Part shown: piece after piece, positions 35,991-45,656 of the stretch
How the letters are laid out: the number at the start of each line of letters is the position of its first letter
How positions within the stretch are numbered: the stretch's first letter is position 1
Source: Chloroflexota bacterium
Lineage (GTDB): Bacteria > Chloroflexota > Limnocylindria > Limnocylindrales > CSP1-4
Direction of reading: 5' to 3'
NCBI GenBank assembly: GCA_034435355.1
Contig: DAOTXE010000036.1
Location: 12,071-76,070, forward strand
DNA: 64,000 bases
Position numbers and translations under genes: made by a program
The notes under the pieces: generated by a model
What the model was told of the DNA's origin: nothing
The model's database searches: none
Seen by the model: only the letters and a program-made list of their open reading frames with translations

Positions 35991-37253
35991 TCACGGGGTC
36001 CGTCCGGCGATCCGTCCGATCGCCTCGAGCGTCCGGTCCACCTCCGCCGCGGTCGTGTAGTGCGCGAGGCCCAGCCGCAGGACGCCTCCCCGATCGTGGA
36101 GGCCGAGCCGCTCGATCAGGCCCGTGGCGTAGAAGTCGCCATCCCAGGCGAAGATGCCCGCCCGGCCGAGCTCGGCGGCGGCATCGGCCGGCGAGGTCCC
36201 GTCCAGCGTCACGGCGAAGGTCGGGGTCCGGTCGCCGAGCTGGTTCCGATCGGCGATCCCCCAGACGTGGACGCCGCGGATCGCACCGAGCCCGTCGAGC
36301 ATCCGGCCCGCGAGCGTCCGTTCGTAGCGGACGATGGCGCGCATGGCGGCGACCAGCTCGCCGCGCGCCTCGCCGGAGCCTGCGCCGTCCGCGGAGTCGC
36401 CGCACCTGCGTCCCACGTCGCGCAGGTAGTCGACCGCAGCGAGCGTCCCCGCGTATGCCTCGAAGGAGGGCGTGCCGGTCTCGTAGCAGTCGTGGGCGGG
36501 CCGGACCTTGTAGGCGGGCAGGCGGTCGAGCACCGCAGCCTTGCCGTACAGCGCGCCGAGGTGCGGCCCGAACCACTTGTAGACGGAGCAGACCAGGAAG
36601 TCCGTGTCGAGGGCGCGGACGTCGATGGGGCCGTGGGGTGCGTAGTGGACGGCGTCGACGTACGTCAGGGCCCCGACCGCGTGTGCGCGCCCGACGATCT
36701 CGGCGACCGGATTGATGGTTCCCAGCGCATTCGACGCGTATCCGAACGCGACCAGCCGCGTGCGGCTGCCCATCACGGCCTCGAGCGAGTCGAGGTCGAG
36801 GGTGCCGTCTCCGGTGCGGATGTCCACGGTTCTGACCACGAGCCCGCGGTCCGCCGCGATCGCACGCCAGGGTGAGACGTTCGCCTCGTGATCGAGCGTC
36901 GTGACGACGATCTCGTCGCCGGGCATGAAGGTCGCGGCGATCGCCCGGCTGACATGAAAGGTGAGGGTGGTCATGTTGTAGCCGAACTTGATCTCGGCAG
37001 AGGACGCCGCGCCGAGGAAGGCGGCGACCGCGTCGTGGGCCGCCGCTGCCATCGCGTCGCTCGCGCGGCTGGTGACGAACGGGCCGCCGCTGTTCGCGTT
37101 CATCGTCCGGTAGTAGCCGGTGACGGCGTCGATCACGCGGTCCGGGACCTGGGTGCCGCCCGGACCGTCGAGGAAGACGACCGGTTTGCCCTCCTGCTGC
37201 CGGTGGAGCGCCGGGAACTGGGCGCGGATCGCGGCGACATCGAAGGCGGGCAT
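35991..37253 (-). CDS. Class V aminotransferase, cysteine desulfurase-like
   Basis: N-terminal FDVAAIRAQFPAL ... VFLDGPGGTQVP and PLP-Lys region CSVYKWFGPHLG. I take the start at M14 of the ORF (37253). Confidence 0.85.
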   Translation of the reverse strand: MPAFDVAAIRAQFPALHRQQEGKPVVFLDGPGGTQVPDRVIDAVTGYYRTMNANSGGPFVTSRASDAMAAAAHDAVAAFLGAASSAEIKFGYNMTTLTFHVSRAIAATFMPGDEIVVTTLDHEANVSPWRAIAADRGLVVRTVDIRTGDGTLDLDSLEAVMGSRTRLVAFGYASNALGTINPVAEIVGRAHAVGALTYVDAVHYAPHGPIDVRALDTDFLVCSVYKWFGPHLGALYGKAAVLDRLPAYKVRPAHDCYETGTPSFEAYAGTLAAVDYLRDVGRRCGDSADGAGSGEARGELVAAMRAIVRYERTLAGRMLDGLGAIRGVHVWGIADRNQLGDRTPTFAVTLDGTSPADAAAELGRAGIFAWDGDFYATGLIERLGLHDRGGVLRLGLAHYTTAAEVDRTLEAIGRIAGRTP

Positions 37254-37288
37254 GCGGAGCTCCAGGTGCGGGATCGCCGGGGAGCCTA

Positions 37289-38644
37289 TCACCGGGGCGC
37301 GCCGCGAGCACCCCCGTTTCGCGCACGTCCGGCCGCCGAGGCGCCGTCGGCGCCGCGCGCCTCACCATTACGGCGCAGCCACGCCCCGAGACGCTCCCGT
37401 CGATTCGCCAGGGCGGGAGCCATCTCCGGTTCGGCCGGGCCGAGCAACCGGGTGCGCTCGGCGGCACGCTCGGCTTCCATGGTTGCCGCGAGCGCCCCGG
37501 CGCGGTCGGCGAGCTGGTGCTCGCGAATCTTGGCCACCTCGATCCAGGCGCGCGCCGCGCCGGGTCCGCCCCCCCGGGCGATCGATTCCCAGGCCGCGGA
37601 TGCCTCCAGCGGCCTTCGAAGCCGGCGGAGGGTCCGGGCCCGCTCGGCCCGGACCCGTTCGCGCGAGAGCGGTTCTGCGGCGGCCGACGTGCCCCGTTGC
37701 CCCGTCCCGGGCCCGGGCATCGGCGACGTCAACCCGGCGTCCGCCTCCTCGAGGCAGTCGAGCGCAGCCTCGTGGCGCCGTTCCCGCGTGTACCCGCGTG
37801 CCAGTGCCACGAGATCGCCGGCAGGTGCAAGACGACGCCGATCCGGGTCGGCGTAGCGCCGGTCCAGGTGGAGGAGCAGGCGGCCCAGCGAGCGGACGTC
37901 CTCGGCGTTGTGGGCGACGACGCGGGCAAGCGGCGCCGCGCTTCCCCCGTGGACGAACGCGAGGTACCGCTCCGGGATCTCCCAGCTGCCGATGTCGTCG
38001 TGCCGCCGCACGCCGAGCAGCTCCCGTTCGACGGTGGCGAGGCGGGCATCGCCGATCCGATGCCGGAAGAGGCGGCGGACGTGCGGGAGAAGATCGAGCA
38101 TGCCCGCGTGCGCCGGCGGAGCTCGGCGGATCAGCCGGTACCGCGTGACGAGGAGCGGCCAGTCGAATCCGCGCCCGTTGTAGGTCACGAGCCAGGCCTC
38201 GGGTGGGATCGCATCCGCGACGGCGTCGAGGAGGGCGGCCTCGTCGGCATGGTCCGGGCAGAGAAGCTGCACCTGCCGGAACCGATCACCCTCCCACCAG
38301 CCCAGGCCCACGAGGAAGGCGAGCGTCCCGGCCGCGGTTCCGAGGCCGGTCGTCTCGGTGTCGAGGCAGACGAGGGGTGCCTCCGCGGGTGGCTGGCCGG
38401 GCAGGCCCGCGAGGCGCGCCCGCTGGATGGGCAACGCGATCGTTGCCGGTTCAACCCGGACAACGTGCCCGGCGACCCCGCGAAGGCATTCGCCACCGAC
38501 CGCCGCGGCGAGGCGCTCGGCGCGGGCGGTGCCGGTGCGTCGATTCGGCGAGTCGGCTGGCGAACGCGACGACGACGGGCGCTGCCCACGGCCGGCCCGG
38601 AGCGCGGCGACACGCCGCCGGAGGAGCGCGGCGTCGCCGATCAC
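37289..38644 (-). CDS. RNase H-like/DEDD exonuclease domain protein with helical C-terminal region (YprB/MrfB-like)
   Basis: Motifs LVCLDTETTGL ... LVTYNGRGFDWPLL ... AHNAEDV. GTG 38644 overlaps the stop of the upstream helicase (GTGA). Confidence 0.7.
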   Translation of the reverse strand: MIGDAALLRRRVAALRAGRGQRPSSSRSPADSPNRRTGTARAERLAAAVGGECLRGVAGHVVRVEPATIALPIQRARLAGLPGQPPAEAPLVCLDTETTGLGTAAGTLAFLVGLGWWEGDRFRQVQLLCPDHADEAALLDAVADAIPPEAWLVTYNGRGFDWPLLVTRYRLIRRAPPAHAGMLDLLPHVRRLFRHRIGDARLATVERELLGVRRHDDIGSWEIPERYLAFVHGGSAAPLARVVAHNAEDVRSLGRLLLHLDRRYADPDRRRLAPAGDLVALARGYTRERRHEAALDCLEEADAGLTSPMPGPGTGQRGTSAAAEPLSRERVRAERARTLRRLRRPLEASAAWESIARGGGPGAARAWIEVAKIREHQLADRAGALAATMEAERAAERTRLLGPAEPEMAPALANRRERLGAWLRRNGEARGADGASAAGRARNGGARGAPR

Positions 38645-41031
38645 GCTGCCGGCGCCGTGATGTCGCCGGCGCCCGGCGGCACGGCGCGACCGGTTCCGGA
38701 CCTGCCGGGCGCGGCGCCGCGGGCCGAGCCGGCCGGCCCGGGTGCCCCGAGTGCAGCGAGCAGGCGGAGGACGAGGCCCTTGACGTCCAGCGCGGGATCG
38801 CTGTTGGAGGGCTGCGGGCCCGTGCACGACGGACAGCCGGCCGTGCAGCCGCAGGCTGCGACGAGCTCCGCCGCGCCGGCCACGATCTCGGCATGGCGGG
38901 TCCACAGGCGCTCGGCGAGCCCGACGCCGCCTGGCACGGCCTCGTACAGGTAGATGGTGGGCGCCTCGGCGTGCGGCGAGCGGACCTGCGTGACGAGCCC
39001 GAGGTCCCGTTGATCCGTCATGAGCAGGACGCTTGCCACGGCCTGGAGCGCGCGTCCGGTCGCCGCGAGCGCAACGTCCAGCTCCGCTCGACGCCAGCCC
39101 TCGGCGGCGGTGCCGAGCGACGTCCAGTACGCGGTCGTCTGGAGCTCGAGCTCGGGGAGATGGATCTTCCCCCAGCCGAGGTTCTCGTTGGTCGTGAACT
39201 TCAGCTTCTTGTAGATCGTGGCCCGGCTGGCCACCATCACCTCGCCGTGCAGACGGAAGCCCCCCGAGGCCTCGGCTCGGGCGAAGACGTCGAGCGGCTT
39301 CAACGTGACGGCCAGCTCAGCCTGTGTGTAGTGGTCGGCGTCGACCCGGCGGACGTAGGCCTTGCGCTCGTCCCAGTCGAGCCGGTCCACGTGGAACTGG
39401 GCGGACTCGTGCAGGTAGATGGCATCCTCATGGACCTGCGTCTGCGCCGAGAACAGGTCCAGCTCGCCGATCACCCGGGGCCGGTCCGGGGTCGTGTCGA
39501 TGATCACCACGTTCTCCTCTGCGGCCGTGCGCAGGGAGATCGACGAGGCCGGGAAGTTGTCGGGCGAGGCCCAGTACCAGCGGCCGTCGTCTCCGGCGTG
39601 GACGTGGCCGTCCTCGCCCAGGAACTCGAGGAGATCGTCCGCAGGGCCCGGGCCGAACGCCTCCCCGGGAGCGAAGGGCAGCTCGAACGTGGCCGCCTTG
39701 AGATGTGCGAGCAGGACATGCAGGTTGTCCGGGTCCAGGCGCGCCTCCTCCGGGGGAAGGTCGAGAAGGAACTCCGGGTGGTGGACGACGTACTGGTCCA
39801 CCGGCGCCGAGGACGCGACGAGGATCGCGACACTCGCGTCGCGGCGGCGCCCGGCGCGCCCGACCTGCTGCCACGTCGCCGCGATCGACCCCGGGTAGCC
39901 GGCCAGGATGGCCACGTCGAGGCGCCCGATATCCACCCCGAGCTCCAGCGCGTTCGTGCTGACCACGCCGAGCACCTCGCCGTCGCGCAGTCCTTCCTCG
40001 ATCGCGCGGCGCTCGGTCGGGAGGTAGCCGCCCCGGTAGCCGCGGACCCGTGTCCGCGGCCCGCCGTGCTCGCGCAGCGCTTCGCGGAGCCCCGTCAGGA
40101 TCAGCTCGACGGCCGTTCGCGACCGCCCGAAGACGATCGTCTGGCGACCGGCGCGCAGGAACGGAAGAGCCCAGCGCTGGGCGAGCGTGAGGGCGGAGCC
40201 GCGGGCACCCGACGGCCGGTCGATGATCGGCGGGTCCACGAACAGCACGTGGCGTGCCCCCGCGGGGGCGCCGTTGCGGTCCACGACGAGGGGCGGCCGT
40301 CCGGTCAGGCGGGCCGCCAGCTCGCCCGGGTTTGCGATCGTCGCCGAGCAGGTGACGATGACGGGCTCGGAGCCGTAGTGGCGGCAGATCCGGAGGAGCC
40401 GCCGGAGCACGTTGGCGACGTGGCTTCCGAACAGCCCGCGATAGAGGTGCAGCTCGTCGACCACGATGACCTGGACCTGCTCGAAGAGCTGGAACCACTT
40501 GGTGTGATGCGGAAGGATCGCCGCGTGCAGCATGTCAGGGTTCGTGACGACGACCTGGCCGGCCTGCCGGATGGAAGAGCGGATCGGCGCGGGCGTATCG
40601 CCGTCGTACGTTGCCGTCGACACGGTCAGCCCTGCCGCCGCTGCGAGAACGCGGAAGGCGGCGACCTGGTCCTGCCCGAGGGCCTTCGTGGGGAAGAGCC
40701 ACAGCGCCCGCGCCGCCGGGTACTCCGCGAGCGCCTGCAGGACGGGGAGCTCGTAGCAGAGGCTCTTTCCGGAGGCGGTCGGCGTCACCACGCACACGTC
40801 GCGCCCGGCGCGCACGGCGTCGAGCGCCTCCGCCTGGTGCGTGTACAGCGAGTGGATGCCCTGCTGCTCCAGGGCGAGCCGGATCCGTGGGTCGACCCAG
40901 GCCGGCAGCGGAACCGTCTGCGCCGCCCGGGCCGGGAGCAGCGCGTGGTGGACGACGCCGCGAGCCAGGGACGGCTCCTCGAGCAGCCGTCCGAGCACGC
41001 TTTCGGCGTCGGCGGGGGCGTACGTGCGCAT
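38641..41031 (-). CDS. DEAD/DEAH-box helicase with C-terminal DUF1998 Cys4 domain (YprA/MrfA-like)
   Basis: Walker A VVTPTASGKSLCY, DExH VVDELH, helicase C region, and C-terminal ACGCTAGCPSCTGP. Confidence 0.85.
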   Translation of the reverse strand: MRTYAPADAESVLGRLLEEPSLARGVVHHALLPARAAQTVPLPAWVDPRIRLALEQQGIHSLYTHQAEALDAVRAGRDVCVVTPTASGKSLCYELPVLQALAEYPAARALWLFPTKALGQDQVAAFRVLAAAAGLTVSTATYDGDTPAPIRSSIRQAGQVVVTNPDMLHAAILPHHTKWFQLFEQVQVIVVDELHLYRGLFGSHVANVLRRLLRICRHYGSEPVIVTCSATIANPGELAARLTGRPPLVVDRNGAPAGARHVLFVDPPIIDRPSGARGSALTLAQRWALPFLRAGRQTIVFGRSRTAVELILTGLREALREHGGPRTRVRGYRGGYLPTERRAIEEGLRDGEVLGVVSTNALELGVDIGRLDVAILAGYPGSIAATWQQVGRAGRRRDASVAILVASSAPVDQYVVHHPEFLLDLPPEEARLDPDNLHVLLAHLKAATFELPFAPGEAFGPGPADDLLEFLGEDGHVHAGDDGRWYWASPDNFPASSISLRTAAEENVVIIDTTPDRPRVIGELDLFSAQTQVHEDAIYLHESAQFHVDRLDWDERKAYVRRVDADHYTQAELAVTLKPLDVFARAEASGGFRLHGEVMVASRATIYKKLKFTTNENLGWGKIHLPELELQTTAYWTSLGTAAEGWRRAELDVALAATGRALQAVASVLLMTDQRDLGLVTQVRSPHAEAPTIYLYEAVPGGVGLAERLWTRHAEIVAGAAELVAACGCTAGCPSCTGPQPSNSDPALDVKGLVLRLLAALGAPGPAGSARGAAPGRSGTGRAVPPGAGDITAPAA

Positions 41032-41078
41032 GCTACCGGCTCCATCGAGTTTCGAACAGATGGTCTATCCGGCCCCGG

Positions 41079-41087
41079 AGTCTATCA
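41079..41087 (-). promoter_or_regulatory. Candidate extended -10 TGA-TAGACT for the helicase operon
   Basis: The reverse complement of AGTCTATCA is TGATAGACT. GGAG lies 8 nt before ATG 41031. Confidence 0.35.
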
Positions 41088-41154
41088 CCGCGGGCCAGGA
41101 TGCCGGGGATCATGGGCGAGGCGCGTGCCAGCTTATCCGGCACGCCGTCGCGGT

Positions 41155-41183
41155 TTGACACGCTAGCTGCGCGCAGCTACCAT
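41155..41183 (+). promoter_or_regulatory. Near-consensus promoter TTGACA-N17-TACCAT, 6 nt upstream of ATG 41190
   Basis: TTGACA at 41155-41160 and TACCAT at 41178-41183. The spacer holds the perfect 16-bp palindrome TAGCTGCGCGCAGCTA (41164-41179). There is no SD, so the geometry is leaderless. Confidence 0.55.
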
Positions 41184-41189
41184 CCGGCC

Positions 41190-41690
41190 ATGCCGCAGAA
41201 GCCGCCAGCCGGTGTGGCGATCGCCGGGGTCGCCGACGTGGAGGGCCCCGAGTCGGCCCGGTCCGGCGGTCGGGCGCCCGTTTCGCTCGCCGGGCTCGGG
41301 ATCGCGGGGCTCTCTCGCCGTCGGGTGGGAATCGCCGTGACCGCGTTCCTTGCGATCTGGATCGTCGTCAGCTTCGCGGGCCAGGTGTCCCAGGCGGCCC
41401 GGGCCGCGGACCGCGCAGCCGCGGAGCAGGCGACGAACGAGGCGCTCGTGGCGCACGTCACGGCCCTGCGCGATGAGCTCGGTCTCGTGCAGACGCAGCG
41501 CTGGATCCTCCAGCAGGCGCGCGCCTACGGGTTGGGGTCCACCTCCGATCGACCGTTCGAGATCGCCGCAGATGCGCCGACGATCGCCCCGGACGCACCG
41601 GGCTCGGCTGCCCGGCGCATCGGGACCGCCGTCGAGCAACGCTCGCCGCTCGATTCGTGGCTCGACGCCCTGTTCGGCCCGGGCGGCTGA
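41190..41690 (+). CDS. Septum formation initiator (FtsB/DivIC-like) protein
   Basis: A single TM (IAVTAFLAIWIVVSFAG) is followed by a coiled-coil region and ILQQARAYGLG ... RPFEI. Confidence 0.65.
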   Translation: MPQKPPAGVAIAGVADVEGPESARSGGRAPVSLAGLGIAGLSRRRVGIAVTAFLAIWIVVSFAGQVSQAARAADRAAAEQATNEALVAHVTALRDELGLVQTQRWILQQARAYGLGSTSDRPFEIAADAPTIAPDAPGSAARRIGTAVEQRSPLDSWLDALFGPGG

Positions 41691-41757
41691 TCCCGGCGCG
41701 GCCCAGCACCCGGTGCGAGCTGCCATCGACACCATCGCCGGGCGGGGCCGTCGGCTG

Positions 41758-41766
41758 TGCTAGATT
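41758..41766 (+). promoter_or_regulatory. Candidate extended -10 TGC-TAGATT for the tRNA gene
   Basis: TGCTAGATT ends 10 nt before the first tRNA nucleotide (41777). Confidence 0.4.
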
Positions 41767-41776
41767 TTGAGTGCGT

Positions 41777-41852
41777 GGCTGGGTAGCTCAGTTGGCAGAG
41801 CAAGCGGCTCATAATCGCTAGGTCACAGGTTCGAGTCCTGTCCCAGCTACCA
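41777..41852 (+). tRNA. tRNA with CAT anticodon (elongator tRNA-Met, or tRNA-Ile2 if C34 is lysidinylated), CCA encoded
   Basis: Hand-folded cloverleaf. Acceptor GGCTGGG/CCCAGCT (G1-U72). D arm GCTC-AGTTGGCA-GAGC. Anticodon stem AGCGG/TCGCT with loop CTCATAA. T arm ACAGG-TTCGAGT-CCTGT. Discriminator A followed by CCA. 76 nt. It lacks initiator features (no 1:72 mismatch and no triple G-C in the anticodon stem). Confidence 0.9.
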
Positions 41853-41869
41853 CCGCATCGCTCGGGGCG

Positions 41870-41900
41870 CGGCCGGTCCAGTCGGGCCGGCCGTTTCGAT
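41870..41900 (+). terminator. Intrinsic terminator after tRNA
   Basis: 10-bp stem CGGCCGGTCC/GGGCCGGCCG (one G-U pair), tetraloop AGTC, then TTTCGATTCG. Confidence 0.5.
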
Positions 41901-42034
41901 TCGTGGCTTCCGTCACGAGCGGGCCTGCCGAGCTGCGCGCCGGTCGGCGACATCCGGCATGGCGCCCGGCGCGAACACGAGACAGTGACACGCACCGCTC
42001 GGCGGCCCCGGACGGGGCCCCGGGAGTGGGCGGC

Positions 42035-42040
42035 TATACT
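42035..42040 (+). promoter_or_regulatory. Candidate -10 (TATACT) upstream of ftsH
   Basis: TATACT lies 52 nt upstream of TTG 42093. GGAGG at 42083-42087 serves as the SD. Confidence 0.3.
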
Positions 42041-42092
42041 CAGAACCTGACGTCGGCGGAGCGCCGCCGGCGCGACTGACCCGGAGGCCAGG

Positions 42093-44003
42093 TTGAACGG
42101 CAAGTTCTTCCGCAACGGCATCGTGATGCTCGTTCTCGTGGTGGGCACGGTGGCGCTGCTCTACACGTTCCTGGTCTCACCGACCAGCAGCCAGTCCAAG
42201 CCATACTCCGCGTATCTCGCGGACGTTCGGTCCGGCAACGTGACCCAGGTGACCCAGCAGGACCTCACCCTCACGGTGACGACGGCGGGCAGCCCGGGCA
42301 CCAAGTACACCACGGTCGTGCCGGGGGTCGGCCTCCAGAGCGCGTTCCAGGACACGCAGGACGCGGCAAAGGCCGGCGGCCAGGACCCGAGCAAGATCAC
42401 CTTCACGGCGATGCCCGCCTCGGACGCCGGGCAGTGGGTCAACCTGCTGGTCGGCGCGCTGCTGCCGGTGCTCCTGATCGGCGGCTTCCTGTTCTTCATG
42501 ATGCGCCAGGCCCAGGGCACGAACAACCAGGCGCTCTCGTTCGGCAAGAGCAGGGCCCGGATGTTCCTGGGCAACAAGACCGTGGTCACGTTCGCCGACG
42601 TCGCGGGCGTCGACGAGGCGAAGACCGAGCTCCAGGAGGTCGTCGAGTTCCTGAAGTACCCGGAGAAGTTCAACTCGCTCGGCGCGCGGATCCCGCGCGG
42701 CGTGCTGCTCGTCGGCCCTCCGGGGACCGGCAAGACCCTGATGGCGCGGGCGGTCGCCGGTGAGGCCGGCGTCCCGTTCTTCTCGATCTCGGGCTCCGAG
42801 TTCGTGGAGATGTTCGTGGGCGTCGGCGCGAGCCGCGTGCGCGACCTGTTCGACCAGGCCAAGCGGAACGCCCCCTGCATCGTGTTCGTGGACGAGATCG
42901 ACGCGGTCGGGCGCCAGCGCGGCGCCGGCCTGGGTGGCTCGCACGACGAGCGCGAGCAGACCCTCAACCAGATCCTCGTGGAGATGGATGGCTTCGACAC
43001 CGCCACCAACGTCATCGTGGTGGCGGCGACGAACCGGCCCGACGTCCTGGACCCCGCGCTCCTGCGGCCGGGGCGGTTCGACCGCCAAGTGATCCTCGAC
43101 CGACCCGACATGAAGGGCCGCGTGGAGATCCTGCGCGTCCACTCCAAGGGCAAGCCGCTCGACAAGGCCTTCTCCGTGGAGGAGGTGGCTCGCCAGTCGC
43201 CCGGTTTCTCCGGGGCGGACCTCGCGAACCTGGTCAACGAGGCAGCGATCCTCGCGGCGCGCCGGAACAAGAAGCTGATCGGGATGCCGGAGTTCCAGGA
43301 GGCGCTCGAGCGCATCGTCGCGGGCCCGGAGCGCAAGAGCCGCGTGATCTCCGACGCGGAGAAGCTGATCATCGCCTACCACGAGGGCGGCCACGCGGTG
43401 GTGCAGCGGATCCTGCCGAAATGCGACCCGGTCGCCAAGGTCACGATCATCAGCCGCGGCATGGCGCTCGGCTACACGATGGCGCTGCCGTCGGAGGATC
43501 GCTATCTCCAGAGCAAGACGGAGTTCGAGGACAAGATCGCCGGAATGCTCGGCGGCAACGCCTCGGAGCGGCTCGTCTTCGGCGACACCACGACGGGAGC
43601 CTCGAACGACATCGAGAAGGCGAGCGATCTCGCGCGCCGCATGGTCACCGAGTTCGGGATGAGCGAGAAGCTCGGCCCGCTCGCCTTCGGCAAGCACGAT
43701 GAGATGGTCTTCCTGGGGCGGGGGATCGGCGAGCAGCGCAACTACTCGGACGATGTCGCGCGCCAGATCGACGACGAGGTCCGGGCCATCATCGACAACG
43801 CCTATGCCCGGGCGCAGGACGTGCTCACCCGCTACCGGGACAAGCTGGACACGCTCGCGGCGAAGCTGGTGGAGCGCGAGACGCTCGACGCGGCCGAGTT
43901 CGAGGCTCTGTTCTCCGATCTGCCCCCGAAGGAGCCGATCCACGGCGTCGTGCCGAAGCTCGAGCCGGCCGGCGCTCCGTCGATCGCGCCCCAGCCGGCC
44001 TGA
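42093..44003 (+). CDS. ftsH: ATP-dependent zinc metalloprotease FtsH
   Basis: Two N-terminal TMs, AAA motif [26 protein letters not shown], and zinc site HEGGHA. TTG start after GGAGG. Confidence 0.95.
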   Translation: MNGKFFRNGIVMLVLVVGTVALLYTFLVSPTSSQSKPYSAYLADVRSGNVTQVTQQDLTLTVTTAGSPGTKYTTVVPGVGLQSAFQDTQDAAKAGGQDPSKITFTAMPASDAGQWVNLLVGALLPVLLIGGFLFFMMRQAQGTNNQALSFGKSRARMFLGNKTVVTFADVAGVDEAKTELQEVVEFLKYPEKFNSLGARIPRGVLLVGPPGTGKTLMARAVAGEAGVPFFSISGSEFVEMFVGVGASRVRDLFDQAKRNAPCIVFVDEIDAVGRQRGAGLGGSHDEREQTLNQILVEMDGFDTATNVIVVAATNRPDVLDPALLRPGRFDRQVILDRPDMKGRVEILRVHSKGKPLDKAFSVEEVARQSPGFSGADLANLVNEAAILAARRNKKLIGMPEFQEALERIVAGPERKSRVISDAEKLIIAYHEGGHAVVQRILPKCDPVAKVTIISRGMALGYTMALPSEDRYLQSKTEFEDKIAGMLGGNASERLVFGDTTTGASNDIEKASDLARRMVTEFGMSEKLGPLAFGKHDEMVFLGRGIGEQRNYSDDVARQIDDEVRAIIDNAYARAQDVLTRYRDKLDTLAAKLVERETLDAAEFEALFSDLPPKEPIHGVVPKLEPAGAPSIAPQPA

Positions 44004-44027
44004 CGCGCCGCATACGAACGTGAGCGG

Positions 44028-44066
44028 ACGGGCGGGTCGCACAACGCGGCCTGCCCGTTTCGATTC
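44028..44066 (+). terminator. Intrinsic terminator after ftsH
   Basis: 13-bp stem ACGGGCGGGTCGC/GCGGCCTGCCCGT (two G-U pairs), 5-nt loop, then TTTCGATTCC. Confidence 0.55.
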
Positions 44067-44165
44067 CCCGCGACTGCCGTCCCTCGCCGCGTCCCCGGCG
44101 GCTCCCACGCGTCGCATCCCGTTGATCGCGCCCGGCCTGGCGCGCACCCACAGCGGAGGCTTGTC

Positions 44166-45563
44166 ATGACGGTTCCAGCTCCGGTCACCGGGGTCGAGGC
44201 ATTCCTCGACGAGACCGCGGAGCGGCGCCTCTCGCGCTACCTCGACCTCCTTCGGATCCCGAGCATCAGCGGGATCCCCGAGCATGCGCCGGATTGCCGT
44301 CGGGCTGCGGAGCGCCTGGCCGGCGATCTGCGAGCCGCGAAGCTCGAGCATGTCGAGGTGAGCGAGACGGGCGGCCACCCGATGGTCTACGCGGACTGGC
44401 TCCACGCGCCCGGCGCCCCGACCGTGCTGCTGTATGGCCACTACGACGTCCAGCCGGTCGATCCGCTCGACGAATGGCTTGCCGCACCGTTCGAGCCGAT
44501 CGTCCGCGACGGCCGCGTCCTCGCCCGCGGCGCGTCGGACGACAAGTCAAACATCTCGATCGCCATCGCGGCGACCGAGGCGCTCCTTGCCGTCCGGGGA
44601 GCGCTCCCGGTCAACCTGCGCCTGGTCTTCGAGGGCGAGGAGGAGTCCAGCTCCGTCCACCTTGAATCGTGGCTCAGGGCCAACGCGGAGCGGCTGACCG
44701 CCGACGTTGCGCTCGTGGACGACTCGGGCTTCTTTGCCGGCAACATCCCTGCCGTCACGGTCGGCCTGCGCGGCGTCGCCGCAATGGAGATTCACGTCAG
44801 GGGTCCGTTCCAGGACGTCCACTCGGGCGTCTACGGTGGCGCGATCGAGAACCCGATTAACGCCCTGGCGACGATCATCGCGAACCTGAAGGGTCCCGAC
44901 GGAAGGATCCGCATCCCCGGCTTCTACGACGACGTCGTCACGCTCGACGCGGCGGAGCGCGCGGCGATGGCCGCGTTGCCCTTCGACGAGGAGGAGCTGC
45001 GGGCCGAGCTCGACGTCCCCACTCTCGTGGGGGAGTCCGGCTGGACGACGCTGGAGCGGCGGACCGCGCGCCCCACGCTGGACGTCAACGGCATCTGGGG
45101 CGGGTTCTCGGGGGAGGGGGGCAAGACCATCATCCCGGGCCGGGCGGGCGCCAAGATCACCTGCCGTCTGGTGGCCGACCAGGATCCCAGCCGGATCTTC
45201 GAGCTGATGCGGGCGTATGTCCTGCAGATGGCGCTGCCGGGGGTGCGCGTCGACGTGGTGTCGATGGGTGGTGGGCGACCCACGCTCACCCCGCTCGACC
45301 TTCCGGCCACGCGGGCCTTTGCCGCAGCCCTGGAGGCGACGTTCGGGCGCCCACCGGTGTTCGTGCGCGAAGGCGGCTCGATCCCCGTGGCGGCGAGCTT
45401 CGCCACGATCCTGGACCTGCCCGTGACCGTCATGGGGTTCATGCCGCCGAACGGCAACTTCCACGCCCCAAACGAGTGGATGGACATGGCCAACTTCGAG
45501 TCCGGCATCCGCGCCCTCGTGGCGTTCTTCGACGAGTACGCGACGCACCCCGGCCGGGCGTGA
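44166..45563 (+). CDS. M20-family dipeptidase (ArgE/DapE/ACY1/CPG2 family)
   Basis: Motifs LYGHYDVQP, RGASDDKS and FEGEEESSS. GGAGG lies upstream of the ATG. Confidence 0.85.
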   Translation: MTVPAPVTGVEAFLDETAERRLSRYLDLLRIPSISGIPEHAPDCRRAAERLAGDLRAAKLEHVEVSETGGHPMVYADWLHAPGAPTVLLYGHYDVQPVDPLDEWLAAPFEPIVRDGRVLARGASDDKSNISIAIAATEALLAVRGALPVNLRLVFEGEEESSSVHLESWLRANAERLTADVALVDDSGFFAGNIPAVTVGLRGVAAMEIHVRGPFQDVHSGVYGGAIENPINALATIIANLKGPDGRIRIPGFYDDVVTLDAAERAAMAALPFDEEELRAELDVPTLVGESGWTTLERRTARPTLDVNGIWGGFSGEGGKTIIPGRAGAKITCRLVADQDPSRIFELMRAYVLQMALPGVRVDVVSMGGGRPTLTPLDLPATRAFAAALEATFGRPPVFVREGGSIPVAASFATILDLPVTVMGFMPPNGNFHAPNEWMDMANFESGIRALVAFFDEYATHPGRA

Positions 45564-45626
45564 GCCCCGCCGGGGAGGCACCTGGCCCAGGGTGGGATCT
45601 GATGGGCTGATCCGGCGGCGGCCGGG

Positions 45627-45635
45627 TGCTAGGAT
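45627..45635 (+). promoter_or_regulatory. Candidate extended -10 TGC-TAGGAT
   Basis: TGCTAGGAT at 45627-45635. It is followed by the hairpin AACGGG-GACGAT-CCCGTT (45641-45658), which covers the TTG at 45657. Confidence 0.35.
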
Positions 45636-45656
45636 GGCCTAACGGGGACGATCCCG

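Noticed and set aside
41901-42092. 190-nt region upstream of ftsH as a riboswitch or ncRNA
   Set aside because: Only short generic GC hairpins (for example GGCCCC-GGAC-GGGGCC) and a TATACT -10 are visible. It matches no structured-RNA family I can recognise by eye. It is most simply a promoter plus 5' UTR.
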